Positions 1 through 9,799 of a DNA stretch of 38,460 nucleotides are shown here, piece by piece. The notes under the pieces were generated by a model that saw only the letters and a list, made by a program, of their open reading frames with translations, was not told the origin of the DNA and did no database searches. The DNA is taken from positions 5,820 through 44,279 of the forward strand of contig MU619413.1 of NCBI GenBank assembly GCA_025201805.1, given 5' to 3'. Each line of letters starts with the position of its first letter. Position 1 is the stretch's first letter. Origin of the DNA: Parasitella parasitica NRRL 2501 (lineage: Eukaryota; Fungi; Mucoromycota). The position numbers and the translations under genes were made by a program.

Positions 1-95
1 AGAAACTAACCAAAACTTCACTTACATTTTTAACTTTAAGAAATCAAGAAGAGTTATTATTGTATTTTTCTAAGCTTTTTTTAATTTTTATAGCA
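1..95. repeat. Left arm of a perfect 95-bp inverted repeat (partner 1643-1737); runs off the window edge
   Basis: The reverse complement of 1-95 matches 1643-1737 base for base by eye. Confidence 0.9.
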
Positions 96-350
96 TGGGG
101 AAGTATATTCCGAGTACTCGCCACCATGTCCATTTTTTGCCCGCCTATAGCCCATTTCTCAATCTAATTGAGGAGTGCTTTTCTAAGCTAAAAGGGCTCG
201 TTAAAAGAAAGCCTGGGCTCACAACAGCAGAGCTCGTAAAATACATTGGGGAATGCAGCCGCAAAATAGCGCAAGAAAACTGCCATGGTTGGGTTGAACA
301 TAAAATAAGTTTTTCCCTAAATGCTTAACAGAAGAAGAGATTTACTTGAT
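95..350 (+). pseudogene. C-terminal fragment of a Tc1/mariner-IS630 (DDE_3) transposase
   Basis: The ORF contains FLPAYSPFLNLIEECFSKLK, the LPxYSPxLNPIExxxxxLK motif carrying the catalytic Glu of DDE_3 transposases. The upstream DD part is absent and the end is frameshifted. Confidence 0.85.
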
Positions 351-933
351 TTACCATAATGTAGGATAGAAGATCACGATAGTATACTTCAATTAAAGAT
401 TGGAGTTTGTCCAATGATGTTGCAGTAAATTTGAAAGATTTACGGAAAAAAAAAAAAGTAAAAATAAAAGCGATATGAAATTACAATTATAATCAAGTTT
501 GGGTTTTTATTATAAAGGTATACTGAGGTTTCGTCTAGAGAAAAACATCTTAGTATTTATAGGATTTGAATTGTTGTATATCAGTTCTCATGAATGAAGC
601 ATTGATCCTAGAGTCAATGCGTTAATTTGTCGTTGTTTAATTTTAGGTTTTAAGGAGAAGCAAATTATGCTGAATGCTTTCACCATTGATGAAGATTTGC
701 GTAACATTGGTTGGCCGTGTTAGGATGACTATCGTCATACTTTAGTTATTCTGTTAAAGATATATATCCTTATCTAGAATGATGGGAAAAACTCATTGAA
801 TGACGAGCTGCTGCCATAATTGATATCTTTGTCATTATTATTCTTATTCTGAATGTCTATTGTGTAAGGGAAGGCACTTTGATCAGGAGTGTTTTCCTTC
901 ACACGACATTCGTTGATAAGGTCTTAAATTGTA

Positions 934-1060
934 TTTGTAATTCGATTTGATTTATATGACTTTATATGTTATGCGAACTCGAATGGCATGAATTGACTAT
1001 GCCTGACGTTTGAGTCTTATTTTTTCAGTTACTTACTTTTAGTTATACCATTCCATTGCA
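934..1060. repeat. Diverged ~130-bp dispersed repeat, inverted copy at 4279-4410
   Basis: tttgtaattcgatttgatttatatgac...gttataccattccattgca aligns to the reverse complement of 4279-4410 with a few substitutions and a short indel. Confidence 0.85.
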
Positions 1061-1338
1061 GATGTGTTGTTATACTTGTCGAAACAGGAGAATCAAGTCT
1101 TTGTTTCAAATCAGGAAGGTTATCTGCAACACAGATCTGTATGATTGATAAACAATAAGTGATGTATACGCACTGCTACATCTGCACTATATCAATTCCT
1201 ACAAGTACTACGCTTGCTGATTTACTGCAAATATATTATATGATTGTATCAGATACGAATCAGTATAATATCTCAACGGTCACTGGATATCGCAATGTCT
1301 CGGCTGCCATGACATCAACAAGATATGCGGACTTGCTC

Positions 1339-1385
1339 NNNNNNNNNNNNNNNNNNNNNNNNNNNNNNNNNNNNNNNNNNNNNNN
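1339..1385. other. Assembly gap (N run)
   Basis: Run of N. Confidence 1.
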
Positions 1386-1439
1386 TTATTACAGCTACCA
1401 TCTCAGTTGTAGTAAATAATTGAAGATATAAATACAGGG

Positions 1440-2020
1440 TATTTATATCATAATAAACGATATACTTCTTTTATTGTTCGGATACAGTTGAAAGCTGTGA
1501 ATTATTACAAGTCTCTTTTTATTGTATTGAAATATCTGAAATATACATCAATAAGGTACTGTCAGATCAAAGATCTATAGCCTTGTAGTATAATGATACA
1601 TCATACCCTGTTAAGGATATGATGTTGCTTGCAAATTATTCTTGCTATAAAAATTAAAAAAAGCTTAGAAAAATACAATAATAACTCTTCTTGATTTCTT
1701 AAAGTTAAAAATGTAAGTGAAGTTTTGGTTAGTTTCTTGAACTTCATCTTATTTATATTAAAGTAAAATATAGTGAATCCAAGTTACTAATGTAATAATT
1801 TGATCTTGATTAAATTATTAAGCTTCATGGGAAAAAAGCAGCAGGCAGTGCTTGATTAATGTGGAGTACAAGTTGTACAATCGTCTTTAAATGTATAATA
1901 TTAATAATATAATTCTTATTATTAATGCTTTATTCTCAGGATCTTAGTCAAGAAGAACTAAGATCTGCTTTACTAATTCAATACGATGTGTGAAAGAGTG
2001 CCAATAATTCGCATCAATTC
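1440..2020 (+). pseudogene. Highly decayed intron-containing coding remnant, possibly a KDZ-type (Kyakuja-Dileera-Zisupton) transposase
   Basis: YDVACKL at about 1618-1638 resembles the YDxAC motif of KDZ transposases. It is followed by a GTAAGT...ATAG intron (about 1713-1773) and KLHGKK at about 1820. Many stops. Confidence 0.3.
1643..1737. repeat. Right arm of the perfect 95-bp inverted repeat (partner 1-95)
   Basis: tgctataaaaattaaaaaaagcttag...ttttggttagtttct is the reverse complement of 1-95. Confidence 0.9.
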
Positions 2021-2657
2021 TTATCGATTAGTATCGACTAGTATTTTAAATAAGTCACCAAAAATTTATCTAGTTGTGAAAAGTATAAGTAGCAGATGCA
2101 AATTTGGATCTTTAATAAAGTAATCTCAAGTTTACGTATCTCGTTAATTCAACGTTTTATTTAATACTTTTCCTATTATTTCAATCTTTCAGATCTCAAG
2201 ATTACTGAAAAAATAAAATCATCAGTCAAGACTTTCTTCTTTTCAAAAAATTATTGATTTTCATGCGGAATCTGTACTTGGTTTTACATCACTATCATCA
2301 TTTTTAGTTTAGACTTTTGATAATTAGACAAGAAGAACAAAATAGGAAGTTTTATTATTGCTAGAATCTTCTTGAAGCTTTATTTCATAGGGAAATTCTG
2401 TTGTATCCATAGAATACCATGGTTACCACTATTTCAACTCAGTTGTCATGGCAACCGTTCCTAATCGGATCTAAGGTTAAATGGCATCGATTATTCTATC
2501 TAGTAAATAGAAGTATTCAATAGAATGTCTTGTATAAGAAACCATCTATTTGGGTTCTACTTATTCTAAATTGCGAAGCTCAACTTATCGATGAATGATC
2601 CACATTCATAACGATTAGCTGATTAAATATAGAAATAGGTCTTGCTCTGACTACTAC

Positions 2658-2944
2658 TGTGTTATAATCTTGTTTGACAATTAAATGTCAAACATGACCT
2701 GATTGTATTTTATAGATTGATTTAGATAGATTTATTCTAATATAAATATACAGCTTCTTTTCAATCAATAAATCAATAGTTTTGTATCTGGTAAACTAAG
2801 TCTTTATTACAACCTTATATTTTTATATCACACACAATCACCTGCTGTGCTCAATTTCAAGACCTGGCACAACACTTGTCATTGTATAATACAAAGATTT
2901 ACCAATCTAATAATTGCTTAACCTCATGCCTTTCTGGCACAACA
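2658..2944 (+). mobile_element. Solo-LTR-like sequence plus a second partial LTR-like end
   Basis: Starts TGTGTTATA, contains TATAAATA then AATAAA, and ends CTGGCACAACA at 2864-2874. The same 11-mer ends a second piece at 2934-2944. No clean target-site duplication seen. Confidence 0.5.
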
Positions 2945-3062
2945 GGGATGACGAACAACGAGCTGTAAAAACCTGGCGTCCGCTGAGCCTCTTCGGCTGA
3001 GACTGGCTCAATTGCCCGTTTGGCTAGCAAGTCCTGTATTGCGTAATCGATCAATGGGATTT
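2945..3062 (-). pseudogene. DIRS-type retrotransposon reverse transcriptase N-terminal fragment
   Basis: The minus strand translates IPLIDYAIQDLLAKRAIEPVSAEEAQRTPGFYSSLFVIP, matching the LLxKxAIE...GFYSxxFxIPK start of DIRS1-type RT. GC-richer than its flanks; too short for the ORF track. Confidence 0.8.
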
Positions 3063-3275
3063 TGTTATGTCAAAAGTCTGATAAAATAAATCTGCCAAAG
3101 AATTACACTTTTATTCATAATACATCTCTCGATGTATTATATACACATTCATTACACTAGGGTTCTACTGTCTAGCTGCATAATGTAAATCATGACTACC
3201 CATGATTTACTGTAAGACCCTGGGACTGATCTGAGATCCTGATGTGAGACCTTGCCATGTTATTGATATAACACA
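3063..3275 (-). mobile_element. Solo-LTR-like sequence
   Basis: Terminal inverted hexamers TGTTAT (3063) and ATAACA (3268-3273). On the minus strand TATATAAT precedes AATAAA, and the start TGTGTTATA matches the element at 2658. No TSD found. Confidence 0.5.
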
Positions 3276-4278
3276 CCTGGTCAACAGCGGTTCATCAACC
3301 TCCATCATATTAGGATCAAAAGACTTAATATTGAAATTTCATCCCGAATAATGCGAATGAAACATCAGCTGATGCAGCTCATTAATTCTTGCGGTGTTGT
3401 ACAGTTCGTTTTTTTTTTTTTTTTTTTTACAAGTTTTCGCGTATTGGAAGTTGTCCGTTGTGAAAATTCCCGTTTTACCATTATTTCTGCAGCTGAAGCT
3501 GGATGTTTGACAGGCACTATAAGTTGGTAGGTTATTTGAATTGTTCAACATGAGGCATAACAAATGGAATAGACTGCAGGCAAACATTTTATTGAGTGAT
3601 AATATCAAAGCCGAATATGTTTAACTGCTGGCCAGTTGACTTTTTAGATGTGTGTAATCGGTATAATTGTTATATGGACTCACGGGAAAAAATATTGTTG
3701 TATCCATATAAAGGCTACATATGTCATATCTAACTTAGTCATAATGCATGGATCATGATATTAATTGTTGGTAATTCTTTTACAAATAAGGAATTGTTGA
3801 GAGGGCTCGGTTGCGGGATATAATTTACCTGTACTTTCAATATAGACTACGCTTATTCAACTGCTAAACTATTTCTTACGCAAGCAGCTATTACTAAAAT
3901 ACTGCTTCTGAACGTTTGGGAAATATAAGGCAAATAGAAAAACTAGAACTAAAGAGGGGATAAAGATTGATATTTATTGCTATGGAAATACTTGGATATT
4001 TATATGTGTGCTTTGTTTATTTGGAGGCGTTTCACCTCCTATCTTCGGGTTTTCAGCGTAACCACGCCAGCTCGCTACAGAATAAACTACAAGTTGTAAT
4101 TGGACCTCTTGTAAGGTTCCAGGCTTATTCAAAGAATACATCTAGATCAGATCGCGGGATGTCGGGAAGACATCCTACCCGATCTTCTCTTTATGGAAAA
4201 TAGAAAGATAGGTCTGTCCTGGAAATGCTGTGATTTAATAAGGTTTGACACTTCTTGTCAAACATCAGATGTTATGTG

Positions 4279-4410
4279 TGCAATGGAATGGTATAACTAA
4301 AAGCAAGTAACTAAAAAAATAAAATAAGACTCAAATGTCACGCATAGTCATTTCATGCCATTCGAGTTCGCATAACATATTAAGTCATATAAATCAAATC
4401 GAATTACAAA
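4279..4410. repeat. Diverged ~130-bp dispersed repeat, inverted copy at 934-1060
   Basis: tgcaatggaatggtataactaaaag...aaatcaaatcgaattacaaa is the reverse complement of 934-1060. Confidence 0.85.
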
Positions 4411-4420
4411 TTTACTGCAA

Positions 4421-4587
4421 TGTGGATAAACATTGATTGGGATATATTTTAGTATAAATAGAGATCATATCTTATGTCAATAAAAGTCTTCAGTTTTGTA
4501 TTTGGTTTTATTTAGAAAAGTCTTTATTACTTTATACAAATCGTATTTACATAATATTACGCTGCGCCCTTTGACACTGGCACAACA
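4421..4587 (+). mobile_element. Solo-LTR-like sequence related to 2658-2874
   Basis: Begins TGT and shares, in order, TATAAATA, CAATAAA, GTTTTGTAT, AAGTCTTTATTAC and terminal CTGGCACAACA with the 2658-2874 element. Confidence 0.5.
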
Positions 4588-4899
4588 AATATAATAAAAA
4601 AACAAAAATGTCCAACTTGATAAAGGTGTAGGTTTTTATTATCAAATCGACAGGTGTATAAAGCTCCAGTTCATCTACTGGCCAGGTAAATGAACCTTTA
4701 TATACTTAAACTGTGGATAAATGTTCTATTCTCGCAATTCAATGTGTACGACAATACTGCGTAACTAGCATCTTAACTTTGTGCTAAACAACATATCAGC
4801 AGACTCAAGATAACTTAAATCTATTTGAGTGAGGAGATAGACTTTACCCGAGGTAGTAGCCTGATCAATCTTCTATGCGAAGATTATTAATATCGATCC

Positions 4900-5340
4900 A
4901 TAAGCGTATATCATCTCTTGTATAGTCTTATCCAGTCTATATTAATAGTACATGTCTGAGTGTATATCACTTGGTATTCATCTTAGCATATATCGGTATA
5001 TGTAGCATGTCTATAGCATGTCATAAGCATATCTATAGCATTGCACATATTGTACAAGTCTCTATTACATGATGTATCTGTAGCTAGTATCATGGATATA
5101 AGTATATGTCTTGTAGTGTGTATCTAGAAACTGAGAATACGCATCTGAAGCATAAATCCTATATAGCATAAGTCCGTAGCATACACTAGATTTAGTAAAT
5201 GTCTAAGGCTCGTGTCAAGGTATAAGTATAAGTCTATAGCGTCATCCATCCTAATGGTGCCATCTATAGCTTACATCTTATATAGTATAAATCTGTATTG
5301 CACATCTTACTAACTGTGCGCATATGTAGTCTATATCAAT
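4900..5340. repeat. Degenerate low-complexity repeat rich in TAGCAT/TCTATAGC words
   Basis: Recurrent tagcat, tctatagc and gtata words with no exact period; non-coding. Confidence 0.5.
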
Positions 5341-5349
5341 TTAAGGTAA

Positions 5350-5950
5350 CTGGATGAGTCTAGAAGTGGAATGCAGATCATCATAGTGAATGTATTTCAC
5401 AAGATGAAAGAAATTCCAGGTAGTTGGTTCATGGTTATAGCATTAGCACTGCTTACGTATTGTGCATTAAGCGCTAATTGGAATAAAAATTAGGGATTGC
5501 TTCCCTCCTTGCTCGAGAACGGGAGACCATCTTCAAGCAAATTCAGCAGTATTTTGACTACATTAGTGATGAGTGCTATAATACATATCTGTTACGAGGG
5601 ATAAATGATCAATCACGAGCAACTTGAACAGTTAGGAGAATCACTGAAAAATGATCTCAGTTCCGTCTGTGAAGAAATTGTGCATGGCTTCAGAGCATTG
5701 CACAACAACAATAGCAGCAGCAGATCATTCCCTACTAAAAAAAAAGCCAACAAGCAATTAGCGTTAGAAGCATTGAATGATTATTATGGAGATACAGATA
5801 TATATGCGATACACCTCTAGATGTTGTTCAAACTGGTTGCAAAAATAGGTTGATGCTCTTTGTTAGGTCACAAAAATGAGCCATCTTTAACAAATGGGTA
5901 TTTTGCAGCCTTAAAGAGGATAATGTATATCAGCGAGCGGTGATTTGTCA
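5350..5950 (+). pseudogene. Decayed intron-containing coding fragment of unknown, probably TE-derived, origin
   Basis: CAG|GTAGTT...TTAG intron at about 5420-5492, followed by codon-like text including the 71-aa ORF 5605-5820. Interrupted by stops; no family recognised. Confidence 0.25.
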
Positions 5951-6410
5951 GTACTAGATGTGCTACTGGGCTTTGTCTATTTCGTGTATTTGCTCTGAAA
6001 TAAAAGAGCAAGTTGGCAAATTCACCAGCAATATTGTCTTGCAAGGAATTTTTTACCAACCTATTAAATCAATAATCACTTTGGTATGTCGAATGAGATT
6101 TCATTTATTTCGTGTAATTAGCTTTATGCCCAAGTTGGACAACTCATATCATTGAATATTTAAACTGTCATCATGTAGCTTTCCCTTGACACTAAATCGC
6201 ATCCGCTCAGAATGATTTTATTATTTACATATTGCTATACGTTAAAAATCAAACTATATGATAGATTTTGCAATAAAACGTTGGAGACGCAAAGTGCTGA
6301 CATTTAGAAGTTGCAAAGGAGGTGCTCGTAGTATAGCTGTATCAATAAAAGCTCTCTTTTTTTTTTTTGTTTTTTCGTTATTGTGCTTTTTCCTCATTAG
6401 TCTCAACTTC

Positions 6411-7702
6411 ATGACTCTGATCAACAACGAAGAGGGTAATAATAGCGCTACTGCTACTGCTATTACTTTAGCTCTTTCCAAGGGGCATTTCTCTCATCCA
6501 ACACCGAGCGGAAGGCAGGATGTGTTGGCTTTGAAGCAACGTCTGGCAGACGCTTTAGGTGAGAATGGACCGCTTTATTGGGATGCACTAAGAGATTTTG
6601 TCATGGGAAAGCTCAATCGGCAAGAGTTTGATTTCTACGCAAACTTGTACTTGAGTAGACAAAACGGTACGTTCAATTGGTATTTGCGTCAAGTTATCAA
6701 GCTGCTTCTTACTTTTTTTTTTTTTTTTTTTTACATATATATATATGTAGCATACCTTCACAATGCCTTTATTCTAAGCACCGTACACAACGCACAGACT
6801 AATACACCTCCACCTTCGAAACATAGACTTGTGGGCTGGGCAAAGAGAAAGCGAGGGAAGGATGGAAGTCTTACAGCTGATGGAGATCTAGAGCAAGATC
6901 CGAAAAAACGAAAACTGAAATCAGATGTAATGGCGTTGAGTAAAGCAGATCGAGAGCGTCTGAAAGCTCTGGTCAAGGTTTGTTGATTTGAAATTGCATG
7001 AGCGTTTCTTAACATATGGTACAGTCAGGAGACAAGAACAGTCTGAGGCCATTTGTAGATAAATTATTAGGAGCACGCATTAGTCGACCGCCCACTTTAC
7101 CCATTGGATTCAATCAACTGCCATCGAGTATGACAACTTTTATGAATTGGTTTACCTTGTCACTAAAATACAATCATTGATAGATTACAGCCAGGAATAC
7201 ACAAAGGGATTAATGGCACCACTATGCGTTGATTTGAAACAGCTGCCATCTCCAGAAACACTACACGCTAGAATGACAAGCATTGCCCTGGAAAGTGGGT
7301 TATTAGGAGGCGTAGGAGAAGACGTTGTCAATGTAATGTTATTTGCAGCAGAGGTAAAACACGATATACTACAACTGGGTCGAATTACTGAGAGCTCCTT
7401 GTCTTGATTAGAATTACATCAAATCATCAATCACCAGTGCTATTAGCAAGCGACGAGTGAATAGATGCATTGGCGTCAAAATGCTGCGCGAGGAGGACGA
7501 GGACCACGACATGATAAACGATCAGGAACAATCATCTATATCCTTACGTGATCTCGCATTTACATATCAAATTACACCCTACGTGCTAGTGGAAAAACCA
7601 TTGAATGCAGAAAAATTGACGGCCTTATTAGAAGACAGCGAAGATGAGATGATGGTGGACAATTTGAGCGATAGTAGTTCAGAGGATGATTATGAATTGT
7701 AG
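6411..7702 (+). CDS. ADA1: SAGA complex subunit Ada1/Tada1 (Hfi1-like), 5 exons
   Basis: Motifs LKQRLADALGENGPLYWDALRDFVMGKLNRQEFD...LHNAFILS and LPSPETLHARMTSIALESGL...AENYIK fit the SAGA-Tad1 family. GT-AG introns 6667-6750, 6978-7024, 7128-7183 and 7354-7411 join in frame. Confidence 0.88.
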
Positions 7703-7721
7703 TCAATAAAGAGGAAGCTAA

Positions 7722-9549
7722 TCAACGGTCAATGTGTTTATTATTGTTATGGATTGAATTTGATAAGGATGTGCTCAAAGCAGCCGCTACAGTGGCAGTT
7801 ACACCCACCGCTGTGTATGCGATTTGCTCTTGTGATGTTCCTGCCAGTAATTTGGATAGCGTCTTTTTAAAAGTGTCTTCCACTGGACCCCTCAGGAATA
7901 AATATAACACTACCCAGTAGACAGCCCCTTTATAAGCAAACGATAGGCGAAATAGCTTTCGTGCGAGGCGAAGCACCCTTTGCTCAGCTCGTACAAGTTG
8001 ATGCTTTACTGGTGAAATCATATAGACACTTTGAGGATGGCCATCGGGCAACATGTGAGGGAAATGCATTAGAGGATGTTGTGTGTTCAGCAAAAGATCA
8101 GCAGTATCCATAAAACCATCGACATCGACGTCGTCATCATCGACATCGACACCGACACCATCCAACTGCTGCATTTCCTCTGGGGATAGTAGCTGTAAAA
8201 GTCTATTCGACAGATCAAAGCCGTCTAAAGTGCTATTGTTGCTGGGAGCACTGGTCCCGGATCTGAAAAAAGAGGTTAAAAAGGTGTCTCCCATGCGGAA
8301 TCCATTCAAAAAGTATCGTGGCTCTAATGGATATTGCCTCACTAACTGTTGCTGGCGGTTTGTCAGGTACGAATTAATGGGAGTCAGTGCTCCTGGAGTG
8401 CCATAAATGCTGGGACATGATGAAGTATATGCAGATTGGATGATTCCAGAATGCACAGAGTTTTGTCTTGACAGATAAGCTGGTGCATCAAAAAATATAC
8501 TGCTGTCGGAAGAGGATATGGATGAAACTGATGAACTTCGAGATGAGCGAGCTGTTGCTGCTTTGATTTCAAATCGATTTTCAGTGGCATACAGGTCTAG
8601 TATCAGATCCGAGTCCAAACTCCAAACATAGTCATCTTTTCCACCGAGAACTACAGAATATATACAAGTTACATCTACAATCTACCTGTACCATATATGG
8701 TGTAGCTTTACCTCTCAAACAATCCCTCTCGTCAACCACCTGGCTTATTTCCGAATTGCTAATAAAGTTAACTCGAGCTTTTGCTTGCTCTGATAACACC
8801 AATTTCACAACTTGCCAAATCCCTTGGTACATCCATCCAAAATTCATGATATACACTGATCCAACAAAGCCGGGAAATCGTGTGTTTGTGACATTTTTCA
8901 GATTATGCATCAGGCTAGAGTCAATCGGTACAAAGGGGGCCTTTTGAATGTCAATGATGATGGATATCTGTGATATCAGCACTGGTTTGTCTGTGATATG
9001 GTCCTCTTCGTTCTTCCTCGTCAAGTCTCTCGTTAGTTGTCTCGCAATCTCCATGACAAGACAAGCGAATGGCTGCATGAAATCTGACAGTGATTTATTA
9101 CTCTCCTTAAACTTGGGAAAATGGCGCATTTGGATCACTGCGACTGGACGGCCAAGGAGATCCTGTTTGTGGAAAAATGCGAATCCTTCATCAAAGAATT
9201 CGGGTGCTGTTGACTTGTACGTCATACGGCCGACCTTTTGAATTTTTCTCCATTGAATTGTATCTAGTAATCGTTCAACTGCTGCGTCTTGAGAGAAATC
9301 CGAGTCTTTGAGGAACCGAAACAACGTTACTATAACGACAGCAGGGTGAGTTTCATAGCCATTGCAGCCAATTGTCAAATACAAACCTCGATCAGCAGCA
9401 TATTCCAGAGCATCCTGTTGGTCTTGGAGGTCAAAGCCAAGCAATTGGACATCTTTTTCTAGTCTTTGCTGTATATGTGTAATGGATTGCTGGTATTCAA
9501 GATATTCGTCATTGAGCAAAATACTGTTTTCTTTAGCTATTGACAGCAT
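7722..9549 (-). CDS. CRAL-TRIO (Sec14-like) lipid-binding domain protein with a Ser-rich tail and hydrophobic C-terminus, 2 exons
   Basis: LFRFL...AVERLLDTIQWR (CRAL-TRIO N), DLLGRPV, IIIDI, RFPGFVGSVYIMNFGWMYQGIWQVVKLVL...RVNF. Intron 8651-8711 joins in frame to VLGGKDDY and to ORF 7722-8618. Confidence 0.88.
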
Positions 9550-9799
9550 GGCATGAAATTAATAAAGGAAACAAGAGAAAAAAAAGCCCTCGCTATTCCA
9601 CCCCAGCTATCCTCCCCCAAATATTAAGCGTAAAATACGGTTACAGTAAAAGAATGGTAAATTTTGTCACTTTGGGAAAATTGAATGTCTGTAACCAAAA
9701 AATAAATGTCACTTTCCAAAAAAGAAGTGATTCGGGTTAAAATGAATCGCAGGGATTCGAAGGAAAAATAACGCTATTGATTTATCAAGCAAGAATTCA

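Noticed and set aside
6258-6410. Upstream in-frame extension of the ADA1 ORF
   Set aside because: It translates a poly(T) promoter or leader tract (FFFFVF); the ATG at 6411 is the more plausible start.
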